A DNA stretch of 64,000 bases, taken from a virus. The DNA lies in the IMG/VR virus record IMGVR_UViG_3300035670_000014, positions 1 through 64,000 of that record; one strand, 5' to 3'. This document shows, piece after piece, positions 30,313-41,969 of this stretch (the first letter of the stretch is position 1; every line of letters starts with the position of its first letter). The notes beneath the pieces are model-generated. The model made no database searches, was not told the origin of the DNA, and was given only the letters and a program-made list of their open reading frames with translations. A program made the position numbers and the translations under genes.

Positions 30313-31913
30313 TAAAGTTTAAAGAAACAATCTTATCAGAAACTACAGGAGTAAAAGAGTTAGGAAGGAATCGTGTAGTTAGAATGTGGCCTGACTGGAC
30401 AAAGCCTAAAAGAGATGAGCATGCAAATGCGTTCCTTATCCTAGGACAAGGAAGTCTTCCACTTAGAGAACTAAATAGAGAATACGAGATGATGCTTCTT
30501 AACATGACTGCATCTAACGTAGACTTCTGGGAGCCTGGCAATATATACAAGTATGCTATCCCTTCAGATTTTATATTTAATTATAAAAATACAATAAATG
30601 GCATTGAGTATATAACTCCTGATTTTATTACAGGAGATGGAATTGAATTAGTTGAGTGTAAATATAGAGACATTAATGAATTTCTATTTACTCTGCCAAC
30701 TGGACTTAAGTCATTTGAAGATAAAGGTTCCTATGCAGAAGTGGTAATTACACCTGAGAACTTACTTAATCCTGATTACGAATTCTATATAGAAAATACA
30801 AATGGTAAGTTTGTTGTTGAGGTTGAAGCTGAGCCTGGTTGGGAATGGGACAGCATTAATTCATTGACTAATAATGGAGACTCAGAACCTAGATATATTG
30901 AGATTTATAATAAGCAGTTTCCAAATATTAAAGCAATAGTAAATATCTATCGAGAAGATAGCTATGAGATAAATAAAGACTTCCCGCCTGGAAAATATAA
31001 AGTTAGAAGTAATCTTATAGGATTCAGAGTTACCTTGAATAACTGGGGATTTTGCAGTAATATCACTAATTACTTTGATGCTATATACACAAACACTGGT
31101 AACTCTAATGCTTACTTCAAGTTAAGCGAAGAGAAAGATCACTTAGAAATTAAAGATTACCTAACTGGAAGAGAAGACTACAATGCTTATCCTATAAACT
31201 ACAAGAATTATAAGTTAATGGATACTGATGGTAGTGGTGTAGTTATTGAATCAATTGCAATGCATCGAAACTATCCGTGGATACTGGGGCTTAGTAGTCA
31301 AGAGGATAGCTCTTCTATTTATTTCTGGTCTTTGTATGAAAGAGAAAGCCCGTTTATTTATACTTCAAATAATTTTGAAATACTTAGTATCTATTCAGAC
31401 ATGATTGATTATAAAGTAGGAGATCAAATAACTTTTAAAACAAGATTAAATTCCTGGAATCCAAAAATACAAATAACAAAAATAAGAATGAAAGTTGTAA
31501 ATGAAGATGGGACTTCATTCTATATAGATAGAACTGGAGCCACAGTCGAAGATACAGCTGCTTGGATTGATACAGCAAAAGGAACTGAAAGCAACTGGTT
31601 CGATATTAGGTGGGACTTTGAGATAGAGTCTGCTGGTTTCTATAAACTTGAAATAGAGACGAAGCCTATTGATTCAAATGAAATAATTAAAATAGCACAA
31701 CAAATTATAAATGTCCCATATAAGCAAGCACTTAGAAGAATTGACTTACCATTTAGTGCTAGTAAAATTTCAGTAGGTAGAGATGGGAAAGTTTACATAT
31801 TAGATTCTGAAAATGTTGTAAAAGAAATCAATCTCCTATACAATACTTACTATATAGACTATGATTCATATGAGCTCTATACAAGAACAGAGTTTGATGA
31901 AATAGTTCTGTAG
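30309..31913 (+). CDS. Baseplate structural protein
   Basis: 534 aa, ATGA-coupled to baseplate J; beta-rich with Ig-like C-terminal part. Confidence 0.5.
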   Translation: MIKFKETILSETTGVKELGRNRVVRMWPDWTKPKRDEHANAFLILGQGSLPLRELNREYEMMLLNMTASNVDFWEPGNIYKYAIPSDFIFNYKNTINGIEYITPDFITGDGIELVECKYRDINEFLFTLPTGLKSFEDKGSYAEVVITPENLLNPDYEFYIENTNGKFVVEVEAEPGWEWDSINSLTNNGDSEPRYIEIYNKQFPNIKAIVNIYREDSYEINKDFPPGKYKVRSNLIGFRVTLNNWGFCSNITNYFDAIYTNTGNSNAYFKLSEEKDHLEIKDYLTGREDYNAYPINYKNYKLMDTDGSGVVIESIAMHRNYPWILGLSSQEDSSSIYFWSLYERESPFIYTSNNFEILSIYSDMIDYKVGDQITFKTRLNSWNPKIQITKIRMKVVNEDGTSFYIDRTGATVEDTAAWIDTAKGTESNWFDIRWDFEIESAGFYKLEIETKPIDSNEIIKIAQQIINVPYKQALRRIDLPFSASKISVGRDGKVYILDSENVVKEINLLYNTYYIDYDSYELYTRTEFDEIVL

Positions 31914-31927
31914 TTAATAGGAGAATT

Positions 31928-32980
31928 ATGGCATCTATAACTGAGTTTGAAAATGAGCAAATAGCTCATTCAATAGATCACATCGGCCAAAAGTATGGAC
32001 TCAAAAGATACCATAATGAAAGTACATATGAATTTAAGAAGAGAGTTCTGGATACCTTTATCCATCGAGGGAATCCAAGTGGCTATGGAGTTGTATCTAC
32101 AACTTCAAGAGCATTAGGAACACCAATAAGGACCTGGTTTTCCTTAAAGAGGAAAACAGACGAAGACGGGGTAGTCCTTAATCCCTATGCCGGAATAATC
32201 ATAACCAATATCTCCATACAGTTCTATGAAGATGTAACTGGTGAAATACCAACTGATGAATTCTTCTTTGTAAAGAAAGATGACAAGTATCTAAACACTT
32301 GGTGGTATGCTTCTGAGTTGATTGAGTATATATCTGATTCAGATACCTGGGAGTTTGATATTGAAATCAAACCGGGAGAAGAATCAAAGCTTTTACAGTT
32401 TCTTGTTCCTTCTAATTCTTTTGTAAGAGGTCAGTCATTTGTCGGGAATACAGGAATGACCTACTTACCAAGAGAGTTCTCTTACCTTTCAGAAACACTA
32501 CAAACCAATAGTGAATATCTAGTTAATCGTGTAGAGTCATTTGAAGAAGTTCTAGAAATTGGAGATTACTTTTTTGATGAAGTACAAAAAATAATCTATA
32601 CAAAGGAAGCCGACAGGCGAGCTACATTTAACTTTTCAGTTGATACATTTGTAAATGAGTATTTTGTAGAGATTGCGCCGATATCATATAAGCCATTATG
32701 CGATGCTAAGTTTAGAGAGCTCTTTACTGAGAGAGTTATTGGAGTTGATAACATCAACATAGAAGGCTTGTATTTGATGAATAATTGGCTGTTCTACGTC
32801 CTTGAATCCATGAAGGTAGACAAGACCATGTGGATAGCAAAGGACGCAAATAAAAGCTCAATAGACGTCTATGGGGAGTCAAGAATTTCTGCAACTCTAC
32901 TTGATGAAGTAGAAGAATTTTACTTCAGTAAACCGAATGAAAACTTTAGAAACCTCCTGAGCAGATATGGAAGTCGTTAA
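31928..32980 (+). CDS. Baseplate wedge protein (gpI/gp7-like)
   Basis: IDHIGQKYGLKRYHNESTYEFKKRVL matches the LDxxGxxxGxxRxxxExDxxYRxR pattern. Confidence 0.65.
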   Translation: MASITEFENEQIAHSIDHIGQKYGLKRYHNESTYEFKKRVLDTFIHRGNPSGYGVVSTTSRALGTPIRTWFSLKRKTDEDGVVLNPYAGIIITNISIQFYEDVTGEIPTDEFFFVKKDDKYLNTWWYASELIEYISDSDTWEFDIEIKPGEESKLLQFLVPSNSFVRGQSFVGNTGMTYLPREFSYLSETLQTNSEYLVNRVESFEEVLEIGDYFFDEVQKIIYTKEADRRATFNFSVDTFVNEYFVEIAPISYKPLCDAKFRELFTERVIGVDNINIEGLYLMNNWLFYVLESMKVDKTMWIAKDANKSSIDVYGESRISATLLDEVEEFYFSKPNENFRNLLSRYGSR

Positions 32981-35816
32981 CCTGGAAGTAAAGATACATT
33001 CAAATGTATATGTAGAACAAATACCTGTATCTATTCCATACATTGAATTGAATCCTGATTTAGTGTCAGTGGATATAAGAGATGTTTTTCCTTCTCGGAG
33101 GCTAGAAGATACATTAGTTGGTGGAAATTATGTAAACATACCTAGGGAAAAGTATCCATATCTAATAGAAGAACAGTACCTGGAAAAGGGTGTAAGTAGC
33201 ATTATTGACTGCAAACTTCTAGAGCTAAAAGAAGTTTCTATTGAAAAGAAAGAGATAGAGCCAATTGTTAACGCTGGCTTTTATGTTTATGGTGAAGAGA
33301 AAAGATACCTATATCCAGATTGCTCTACAATCACTACTTCAGAAGAAGTAGATGTAGTAGATGGATTAGAAGAACATCCAATATCAGTTGCAATATTTAA
33401 AAGAAATTCAAGGCTTGAGCCTGTTATTCACAGGGAGTCACTTCAGGTCTATGATGAGGAATGGTTGGGCGATCTGGAAATAGAAGGGAGAAGTGATATA
33501 TCTTTTAACTCCCTTGATCAGTTTTCACTGGATATAGAAACAGGAGAAATTACCTTTAATAAGGTAATTGAAGAAGCAGTTCCACCTAGTGTAGATTTAT
33601 TAGACCCAGCTGTAACATATCCTGTTTTTTCTGAGTACCTAGAATTGGTAGGTACAAGTGATGGGCTTGGGTGTCAAGGTTTCTATACAAAGTACCTTCC
33701 CATTTCAAAAAGAAAACAAACTGAAACTCAGTTGATTATGTATGTTTTCCCACCAGGAATAACAGAAGAAACAACACTAAGTGATGCTGAGATCTGGTAT
33801 CCGGTAGATGATCTTCGAGAATATGATGGGACTGCTAAAGTTTTCTATGCAGACTATGACTTAGGATTCCTTCACATAGGAGGATTACTGGGTGAGAACG
33901 ACACGCTTCTATCTACTTGGTATCCAGATAGCCCTGAGGGGTTGACTTCAATTAGTATAGTAAATCCAGAAAGACACCCTGATAAGGGTGTTATTTTAAT
34001 TGAAGGCATTAAGGTTTTCTTTAAAGGAAAAATAGGACACAGACTTCTGATCGAAAAAATAGAAGGGGAAATAACAGTAGATGCTTTTGAAGCCGGGACA
34101 GAAGTTAAATACATACACACAGGAATGGTTCCTGAAGAAGGCAGCCTATGTTATGTTAGCTATGTTGCAATTCCTAGAATTGAATATGTAGATAAGAAGT
34201 ATATAAATGCAAAGTGCTCAAGGCCCGGGTCTTACAGTAGCAAAGTTTATCTGAAGAATAATGAGTCTATACTGGTAATAGGAAAAGATGTAGATCAAGC
34301 TATGTCCATTACACTTGAGGCTATGAATTTAAATTCATTAACGTTAAGTGGAGTGATGTATTATGGGCCTTTATCTTATGATGAAAATACAGTCTTACTA
34401 AGAGGCAGGGTATTAGATGGAAATGGGAATCCTGTTATAGAAGCTGAAGTAGAAGTATTTAGCCTAAATGGACTAGGTACATTCTATGGAGAAGACAGCA
34501 TAACTGTCTTTACTGATGACGAGGGTTATTTCTATACATCAATGTACATAGAAAGTACTGAGCTCTTTCAAGCTTCTTATGCAAGAGCTATAACCTTTGA
34601 AGAAGATGAAGAAGGAAACTGGAATAGTTATCTAGACTTTAATTACCCAGCAACTGCTTATGGAATCCCATCAAGGCTAGAAGAAATTCAGCTTTATACA
34701 GTAACAAAAGATGATGGCTTTACGGGGACTGTAGGTAGATACTATTTCACTCCCATAGAAGACTACTCGGATTATCCTTTTGTAGGATCTGTACTTGGTC
34801 GAGATTACTATCCCTATGATGTTGCAACTGTAGATCAGGCAGTTGGTTCAGGCTATCTTTCTGAACTTGGAACAGGGCCTGGCGCCATTGTTATAATCAA
34901 TCAATTTGAAAATGTAGATCCCAAGTTTTATGAAGATGGAACTCTGTATGTAGCTATAAGCAACAGTCCATATGTAGATGGAACTGAATCAACGCAGATT
35001 AAGAAAAGAAAAATACTAAAAGTATTAAGATACCCAAAACTGTGGGATAGTGAGATTACACCTGTTAGCAACTCTACTAGAATGTCTACATATCTAGTTA
35101 TTCTTGATGCAAGAGCTGTACCTCCTGGTAGATATATAAGAGACTGCTGGTTTGTTTCAAAAGATGAAGTAGAGTGGAACAAAGAAACTCTAGGTGGTAG
35201 GAAGTCAGTAATTAAAGTATTGCAAAATAAAGAGCAATCTAATGGTGAAGATTTTGTTGTAGATGAAAGTATTAGTACGTGGCTAAATCCTCAAGCAGAC
35301 TTGCCACCTCAGTATACTTTCGTACCGGTTACTCCAGCCGAATGGTTGGGTGGTAATAAGTTTAAGTTTACAGGTAAACTGCCTACATGTGAGGTTGCCA
35401 ATAGAAGGGTAAATTTAGGAGCTTATGCTGTCTATCTTGATAAAGTAGCAGAAGTGCAAGCAAGAGTAAAAGATAAATACTGTGTAGGAAAATACTACAA
35501 CAGTAATATAGTAAGGATAATATTTAGCGCCTCAGGCAAAGGAAAGGGAACCCATAGAGTAAATGAAAACTTTGTAGTTCCTTATGGATTTAGGTTGCCA
35601 GATACATATGAGTATTCATCTCTATTAGACGGACCAGTTTACTTAACACTTAACTGGCTGGGTACAAGATCTAACTTTGGCTTGAGTGTAGAAGATGACT
35701 TTAGTGTTCCTAAGATCTCATTTATAAATGAGATGGAAGAAATCGAATATTCGGATAATGAAATTAATCCTTATAATAACTATATAGGCTATCACTTAAC
35801 CATAACGAACTCATAA
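32967..35816 (+). CDS. Baseplate protein with Ig-like (Big_1-type) domain
   Basis: 949 aa acidic; LRGRVLDGNGNPVIEAEVEVF...TDDEGYF. Confidence 0.55.
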   Translation: MEVVNLEVKIHSNVYVEQIPVSIPYIELNPDLVSVDIRDVFPSRRLEDTLVGGNYVNIPREKYPYLIEEQYLEKGVSSIIDCKLLELKEVSIEKKEIEPIVNAGFYVYGEEKRYLYPDCSTITTSEEVDVVDGLEEHPISVAIFKRNSRLEPVIHRESLQVYDEEWLGDLEIEGRSDISFNSLDQFSLDIETGEITFNKVIEEAVPPSVDLLDPAVTYPVFSEYLELVGTSDGLGCQGFYTKYLPISKRKQTETQLIMYVFPPGITEETTLSDAEIWYPVDDLREYDGTAKVFYADYDLGFLHIGGLLGENDTLLSTWYPDSPEGLTSISIVNPERHPDKGVILIEGIKVFFKGKIGHRLLIEKIEGEITVDAFEAGTEVKYIHTGMVPEEGSLCYVSYVAIPRIEYVDKKYINAKCSRPGSYSSKVYLKNNESILVIGKDVDQAMSITLEAMNLNSLTLSGVMYYGPLSYDENTVLLRGRVLDGNGNPVIEAEVEVFSLNGLGTFYGEDSITVFTDDEGYFYTSMYIESTELFQASYARAITFEEDEEGNWNSYLDFNYPATAYGIPSRLEEIQLYTVTKDDGFTGTVGRYYFTPIEDYSDYPFVGSVLGRDYYPYDVATVDQAVGSGYLSELGTGPGAIVIINQFENVDPKFYEDGTLYVAISNSPYVDGTESTQIKKRKILKVLRYPKLWDSEITPVSNSTRMSTYLVILDARAVPPGRYIRDCWFVSKDEVEWNKETLGGRKSVIKVLQNKEQSNGEDFVVDESISTWLNPQADLPPQYTFVPVTPAEWLGGNKFKFTGKLPTCEVANRRVNLGAYAVYLDKVAEVQARVKDKYCVGKYYNSNIVRIIFSASGKGKGTHRVNENFVVPYGFRLPDTYEYSSLLDGPVYLTLNWLGTRSNFGLSVEDDFSVPKISFINEMEEIEYSDNEINPYNNYIGYHLTITNS

Positions 35817-35825
35817 GGCTTTAAG

Positions 35826-38800
35826 ATGTCGGATAAATATACAACTTTGTTTGGGGTAGATGCTTCATTCGTTCAAGGCGAACAGCCAACTCATACAAAA
35901 CTAACTAACATAGTAGCGCTTACTAGAAATGGACTTAGTGAGTTAGAGAAAGTTATTGGTATGACAAGAAACTCTCTACTGGTAGAGAGCACTGGAAATA
36001 CAAGCTGGGTTCCTGTACCTGCTAAAATTAGCTACAGTCCTTCTTATGTAGAGAGCCTTAAGTTAGATTTTCCTTCTAGTATTACTTCAATAGCTAGAGC
36101 TATTGGTCCAATGGGTGCTTTGAATCCTCGTTATCTATCGGGTCAAACTTGGAATAAAGATGACTTAGGCGGAGTGGCACTTGGGGTTCTTCTTAAGAGT
36201 GGTGTAACTGAGCAGCAGCTTCCATTTAAACCTCTTAATGTGAATACAATTCTGCCTGCAGATTTCAGTGGACCTCAGGTAAGCTTAATATTCGCAACAA
36301 GAGTTAGTAATTATGAAGAATCTTTAGAGGTTGGTAAATACTATGTAAGTTCAGAAGGTAGGCTTTTTACTGGAGCACCTGTAAGACCAGGTACAAGGCT
36401 AAGGTATAGTTTTGTTATTGGTGAAGGTGATGGCTATATTGGCTCTGGGTACAACGTAATACCAGACCCATCAATACTTACACTGAGTCTTGAAGAGAGG
36501 GATAACAAGACATTAGACACTTCAAATTATGGAGCTTGCCGTGTTTTAATTTCCTCAATAAATGAAGAAGCATTAGTTGTTGATATACTCCTACCGGAAG
36601 TAATATCTACACCGTTTTCTAAATTAAGCGCAAGTCATGAAGTTGAAGACTCAGATCCAGTAGGTAAGATTGATGAGGGCCTACCTGATCTTAGAAGGTA
36701 CAGCCTTCCTGACTTGTATCCTTCTTCCGGTTACATAGAAGATAACACTATGTACCTGTACTATACTGAGATAGGAAAGGTAATACCAGAAGCTAGATTT
36801 GAAAGAATCAGTGAATTTGTAATTAGGGCGTATTTACCAGCTCGATATAAAACAATAGTCAGAGCAGATGATGGAGAGCTATTTAATGTAGAAGGGCTAT
36901 CAAATACAAAGCATTTCTTCCTAATTACTAATGGAACTCAACTTGCTCCCCTAGTAGGTAAGCTAAGGCTTGAAATGGAAGAGCACTCCCATAACGGTCT
37001 AGATTCAGTCAGAGTGTCACATAGTGATTTAACTAATGTAAATCATATTACTCCATCTTTGCCAGCTCAATTAAGTATCTATTCAAATATAACAGGAGCA
37101 GCGCCTAATAAATCTATAACTCTAGATGGACTTCCTAGTAATTCAACTTTCTGGTTTAATAGGAAACTTAGCAAGGGTGATTTTCTTGAAGAGAATCCTC
37201 ATCCTTACTATTTGCATAGGCTAGGTTATCTTGGTGGTGGTACAGATGGAATCTACGCTGCAATGAATGCTCCAGGACTAGGAGCTTCACTTGGTAATGG
37301 TTTCACAGGTGACCTTGTTCTAATGCCTGTTAGTAAGAATCTAGATTATGAAGATACAGATCAGGCCTATTATAGTTGGGAATCTACAGAAGGCATAGAT
37401 TATTTAAAAAATAATTCAGCATCACACTCTCTTTGGTTTGGTCTTCCTTGGGAAGTTAATGCATTAGGTTCAACTGAAGCAATAAATCAAAGGCAAAGAA
37501 ATGGTTCTGTAAGAATGTACTTTGATCCCTGGATTAAAGTAATGGGTTTTACTTCTAGCTCTGCTCCTGCAAATGAACCTTTTGCAACTGAAGGATTGGG
37601 AATACTAAATACTGGAACTATAGGAGACGATGTATTTAGTAATAGCGTATTTGAAAATGCAATCAAAGGATTAAATATTCAAAGAGGAAACTTCTTCTTT
37701 GGTTATAACGAAGATAAATTCCTCAGTACAACAGAAAGGGCTAAAGGTAAATCAAGCTTTAATATTCTTGCTTCTGAGTTTAATGCAGTAGTAACTGCAA
37801 ATAAAAAAGCAACACAGTCTGGCGAAGTAAGATGGAAAGGTCAATCTGGTAACCGATCTGGGTTTGCAGTTAAGGCGATTGAAGGATCAAGTATTAACTT
37901 CTCAGTAGGTGGATTAACTGGAACAGCTGGTAATGATAACGTCAATACAGCATCACTTAGTAACTATTTTACTCCTGGAATTGAACTTGCAGGTTCATTT
38001 ACAGTAGAAGCTGCATTTGGAAATCAGTTAATATCCTTAGTAAAAGGACATGGTTCTGGAATTCTAATGTCTCCCGGTACAGGAACAACAAGGCTATTCC
38101 CCTGGCAATTAAAGTCTTTATTAATACCAATGGATGACTATTTACTGCCAACAAAATATGCAGGATGGAAGCACCTTGAAGAGATTAATAATAATTTTAT
38201 ATTTAATAACTCTCAGAATTTAGGTGGAGTTGGACATATATTTGCTATACTAGATTCTGCAGCAATAGAAAGTTATTTAACTTTTGCTAAGAATGTCGAC
38301 TTAACCGAGTCAGTTAAAAATAAAAACTCCTTCCCTTTTGGGAAGTTAATCCTTGAAGGTAGCTCTGGTATTGACTTACTTGTAAGCAGAGGTACCTATT
38401 CATCTAGTGTAGCTGGAATACTAAATGTATTAGATCTTAGCGAAGTAAGATTCTGGGCAAGAGAAGATCTAAAGGGAGACATAGATAATCAAATTCGAGA
38501 CAACCATGCAGTAGGGGCAAACCTTAATTTAATGTATGGATATGGAAAAGCTTATTCTAAGTTTGCGGTTAGCCTTCCCTGGACTGGAAGTGAAGAAGAT
38601 ATTAAAGGTTTAAAAGTACAAAACTTAGAATCAAACAGTGGAGGAATTAATCCCTGGACTTCATTAAGGACTGAAGGTTTAAATTCCTGGACCAATAAGG
38701 ATACAAGGGGATCTCAAATAAGACAGGCTTCATTTATAGAAGCAATGGAAGGATTTAGAAACGATCCGAACCAGCCTTTTACTGTATCTTATAAATTACC

Positions 38801-39953
38801 ATTTAGAGTAATTCAAAGACTTGATTGGATTAGTAATGGTTATACTACTGAACATGGAGTAGCAGTGGCAGCGTGGAGCGACCTTGGGGGAGTAACTACA
38901 GCTACCGGAGGAGGAGCACTTACACTAAAACAAGTGTTTATTCCTTCGGCTATTATAGGGAGTTTTCCAATAGCTAAACAAAGAGTCATTACTGATGATA
39001 TAGAAAATTATGATCCTAACTTAGGATACACAGTGAATCCTGCAATAAATGTTTCTTGTTATAAGAATCAGCCGGCTATTCAAAATGGAAGGTTTGTATT
39101 TAGTAGATCAGATACTCCAATTGATGACTTAGGTTATGGGGTATTTGTAGATCAAATAATAAGATATTATGATTTTCAAGATTGGGCCGCTTCTGGATAT
39201 GAAGGGAACTTTATACCAGGACAAAGTTTAATAGATTTTAAAGTAGATCTAAACTACTCAAAGCTTGTATATGGAGACAGTACAAGTGGAAACTATGGAA
39301 AATCAATACCTTATTCTCAAAATGTAGATCTTGATGATTTTACTTCTGAAGATGAAGAGAGTCTTAATTCTTACATATCTGGAAAACATTACTCTGTGAT
39401 AAGGGGAGTTGATTTAACAAATCCATCAAGAGATGGAGGTGTAGTTATTAGATCAATCGGATCAAGTTCTGGATTAGCTTCAAGTGCAGCATTAGATGGA
39501 AGTAGTTCCTGGGCAGCAAGTGCAACACAAGAACCATTTAAAGCATCCCTAATGCTAGGGAATATTAAGTTAAATGGAGATGATGACTACAAAGGAAGTG
39601 ATTCAATAGGACACGATCAATGGTTACTTTATCTTGATAAGATTAAGTCAAGTATTGATCCTGATGTTGCTTTGATTAAGCCGCAGTATAATGGGGAAAA
39701 AGATGAAGGTGGAACTCTTAATGTTCCTCAGCTAGCCTGGTTCTTGCAGCTAGAAGGTGAGCCTAAAATGGAAGACTATTCACTTCATAGGTTTGCTCCT
39801 TATGAGTTATTTATGAGTTCAAATGGAAAAGAGCATGGACTCGGACCTGGAGCACAACTAATGTTAGCATTTGATGGATATGTGACTTTAACCTTCAGAA
39901 CACTAGGTGGAACTCCTCCGGCTAGTTCTGGAGTAGTAACTCAACCTTCTTAA
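35826..39953 (+). CDS. Large tail fibre / baseplate appendage protein
   Basis: 1375 aa; HSHNG and NPHPYYLH motifs seen in trimeric fibres; Gly/Ser-rich beta C-terminal half. Confidence 0.55.
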   Translation: MSDKYTTLFGVDASFVQGEQPTHTKLTNIVALTRNGLSELEKVIGMTRNSLLVESTGNTSWVPVPAKISYSPSYVESLKLDFPSSITSIARAIGPMGALNPRYLSGQTWNKDDLGGVALGVLLKSGVTEQQLPFKPLNVNTILPADFSGPQVSLIFATRVSNYEESLEVGKYYVSSEGRLFTGAPVRPGTRLRYSFVIGEGDGYIGSGYNVIPDPSILTLSLEERDNKTLDTSNYGACRVLISSINEEALVVDILLPEVISTPFSKLSASHEVEDSDPVGKIDEGLPDLRRYSLPDLYPSSGYIEDNTMYLYYTEIGKVIPEARFERISEFVIRAYLPARYKTIVRADDGELFNVEGLSNTKHFFLITNGTQLAPLVGKLRLEMEEHSHNGLDSVRVSHSDLTNVNHITPSLPAQLSIYSNITGAAPNKSITLDGLPSNSTFWFNRKLSKGDFLEENPHPYYLHRLGYLGGGTDGIYAAMNAPGLGASLGNGFTGDLVLMPVSKNLDYEDTDQAYYSWESTEGIDYLKNNSASHSLWFGLPWEVNALGSTEAINQRQRNGSVRMYFDPWIKVMGFTSSSAPANEPFATEGLGILNTGTIGDDVFSNSVFENAIKGLNIQRGNFFFGYNEDKFLSTTERAKGKSSFNILASEFNAVVTANKKATQSGEVRWKGQSGNRSGFAVKAIEGSSINFSVGGLTGTAGNDNVNTASLSNYFTPGIELAGSFTVEAAFGNQLISLVKGHGSGILMSPGTGTTRLFPWQLKSLLIPMDDYLLPTKYAGWKHLEEINNNFIFNNSQNLGGVGHIFAILDSAAIESYLTFAKNVDLTESVKNKNSFPFGKLILEGSSGIDLLVSRGTYSSSVAGILNVLDLSEVRFWAREDLKGDIDNQIRDNHAVGANLNLMYGYGKAYSKFAVSLPWTGSEEDIKGLKVQNLESNSGGINPWTSLRTEGLNSWTNKDTRGSQIRQASFIEAMEGFRNDPNQPFTVSYKLPFRVIQRLDWISNGYTTEHGVAVAAWSDLGGVTTATGGGALTLKQVFIPSAIIGSFPIAKQRVITDDIENYDPNLGYTVNPAINVSCYKNQPAIQNGRFVFSRSDTPIDDLGYGVFVDQIIRYYDFQDWAASGYEGNFIPGQSLIDFKVDLNYSKLVYGDSTSGNYGKSIPYSQNVDLDDFTSEDEESLNSYISGKHYSVIRGVDLTNPSRDGGVVIRSIGSSSGLASSAALDGSSSWAASATQEPFKASLMLGNIKLNGDDDYKGSDSIGHDQWLLYLDKIKSSIDPDVALIKPQYNGEKDEGGTLNVPQLAWFLQLEGEPKMEDYSLHRFAPYELFMSSNGKEHGLGPGAQLMLAFDGYVTLTFRTLGGTPPASSGVVTQPS

Positions 39954-39968
39954 TTCAATACTTATCCC

Positions 39969-41969
39969 ATGACAGATGTTATATATAGTCTATCTATCTC
40001 TAGGGATATAGAGGCCAGTACTCCTACCTATAATCAAGTAGGTAAGTATCTGGAAAACTTTACCTATAGGAAGAGAGTAACCAGAGAAACTCAGCTAAGC
40101 TTTCTTAGCTTTGAGAAAGTCAATAAGACTAATCTTGTAGGTCATCTTAACCTTAATAGGTTTAAGTATAAAAATAGCCTGCAAAAAAGAACTGAGTCCT
40201 CAACAATAAGAAGTAAATCTAGATACATCCTTATTACAAATCAGTCCATTATTAAAAATGGATATAGTGTAGGTCTATTCCATGGAATGAAAATAAATGG
40301 AAGCTATCTAGGGTACGAATCAGACCTAAAAGAAGTAGATATAAAGTATGACCGAACTACTAATACTGTATGGACCAATACTCCTTCTGAATGGGATCCA
40401 GTAAATGAAAGATTTACAGGAATAAATATTCTCGTTAAAGAAGGAGAAGAAGTAAAAACTTATCTGTTCAATAGTCACCCTATTTTTAGAGAAGCAACAA
40501 TAGAAGACATAGATCCTGAAACTTCATTATTCTATGAAGATAGAATGATATATACAGTTGAGTATGATGCATTTGATGATTCCTATATCTATACGATTGT
40601 AAACGGAAGTGGTCCCTGGTTTTATAAAGAGCAAGCTGGATCAACTATCGAGCTAAAGAATGATGGCATGCAGGATGCGCAAGAGCCATGGTTCCCCTCT
40701 TATACACTTGGCGAAGTAAGAAGAGTAATAGATGGATCTACTTATTTCTACTCAACCGGAGAAATGGATTCACTAGTTTATAATCCAAGATTTCCATTTC
40801 AAGCTCAGAAGGAAAGCGCTAAGATTATAGGACCAAATCTAATAAAGCTAGATAGAAGCAACATAGTAATAAGACCAGAACAGAGACTTAACATTGACTT
40901 GATTGTTTTTAACAATCTAGGTAGCTTAAAGTTTGCCCTTACATCAGATCCTAGAAAAAATGGTCAAATTTATAATGCAAGTCAAAGAATAAAGTGGCAA
41001 TCTGTTGATTACAGGTATGACAGTTTTAATAGCGTAGTAGAAATATCCTGGGGAAATAGGTTGCTAAGTTCAGACTATATAGAAGCTACCTACCCTCATA
41101 CATCCTACTGCCAAGATGTAGTTAGTTTAAATCTTAACCCTAGGTATAATCCTAGGATTATGAATCATATCTATATTACATACCTTAAACCAGGAACAGG
41201 AAAGAAAGTTGAATGGGTGGAATTAATATTAGATACTGAAAATACCTATAGAATAACAAGGTATTCTGGAGAGCTTCCCCTTGCTATTGGGTCGCTTATT
41301 TCTATAGACTATGAAAACTCAACTTTTGTATCTGAGTCTGAAGGTGTAGATGGAAGCGAAATAGGAACATACTTAATATTAGATATGTTCCAGTTTACCA
41401 ATCCTCTTAGTTCAAGCAAAGCATATCTAAAGGATATTAGATTAAGGAATGGCCTTTCCCTGGACAAGGAGCTAGAGATTCTAAAGAAGAATCCTGTGCT
41501 CTGGCAGTTTAAGGAATTCTCGGAAAAGAATATTGAGTATAGTGATAAGTTTTTCTCTATTGTTGCAATAGACGCCGATGAAGTGCTAGCTCCAAAAGAG
41601 CAGCACCGAGAGATACTTGAGAAGCTGGTACCAATTGGACACGGCTTATATATTGAGTATCCAGAAGAACAAGTAGAAATAGTAAAAGCTGTAAGTGCAT
41701 ATGAAGATCAAATAGATGTAACAATCTATTCAAGATTAGATTCTTCTGTTTATTCCCTTGGGCTTACAGAACTTGGCATGCCAATAAACTTAGAAGAGGA
41801 TCTAATTATTACTTCTCCTTCAATCCTTCTAGAAGAAGGAAGAGAGCTAACGCTCAGATTTAATGTTGCAGATATTGTTAATTTAGCTGCTTGCTACTTG
41901 ATAGTTTCTGAAAATGAGAAAATACTTACAAGTAATATCTTTTATATAAAGGTTAGAAATGAAATCTAA
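39969..41969 (+). CDS. Baseplate/virion structural protein
   Basis: 666-aa ORF inside the baseplate cluster. Confidence 0.45.
   Translation: MTDVIYSLSISRDIEASTPTYNQVGKYLENFTYRKRVTRETQLSFLSFEKVNKTNLVGHLNLNRFKYKNSLQKRTESSTIRSKSRYILITNQSIIKNGYSVGLFHGMKINGSYLGYESDLKEVDIKYDRTTNTVWTNTPSEWDPVNERFTGINILVKEGEEVKTYLFNSHPIFREATIEDIDPETSLFYEDRMIYTVEYDAFDDSYIYTIVNGSGPWFYKEQAGSTIELKNDGMQDAQEPWFPSYTLGEVRRVIDGSTYFYSTGEMDSLVYNPRFPFQAQKESAKIIGPNLIKLDRSNIVIRPEQRLNIDLIVFNNLGSLKFALTSDPRKNGQIYNASQRIKWQSVDYRYDSFNSVVEISWGNRLLSSDYIEATYPHTSYCQDVVSLNLNPRYNPRIMNHIYITYLKPGTGKKVEWVELILDTENTYRITRYSGELPLAIGSLISIDYENSTFVSESEGVDGSEIGTYLILDMFQFTNPLSSSKAYLKDIRLRNGLSLDKELEILKKNPVLWQFKEFSEKNIEYSDKFFSIVAIDADEVLAPKEQHREILEKLVPIGHGLYIEYPEEQVEIVKAVSAYEDQIDVTIYSRLDSSVYSLGLTELGMPINLEEDLIITSPSILLEEGRELTLRFNVADIVNLAACYLIVSENEKILTSNIFYIKVRNEI

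Noticed and set aside
1445-32980. Extracellular contractile injection system or tailocin rather than phage
   Set aside because: Neck gene, endolysin, DnaB, RusA and dUTPase in the same dense block indicate a phage genome
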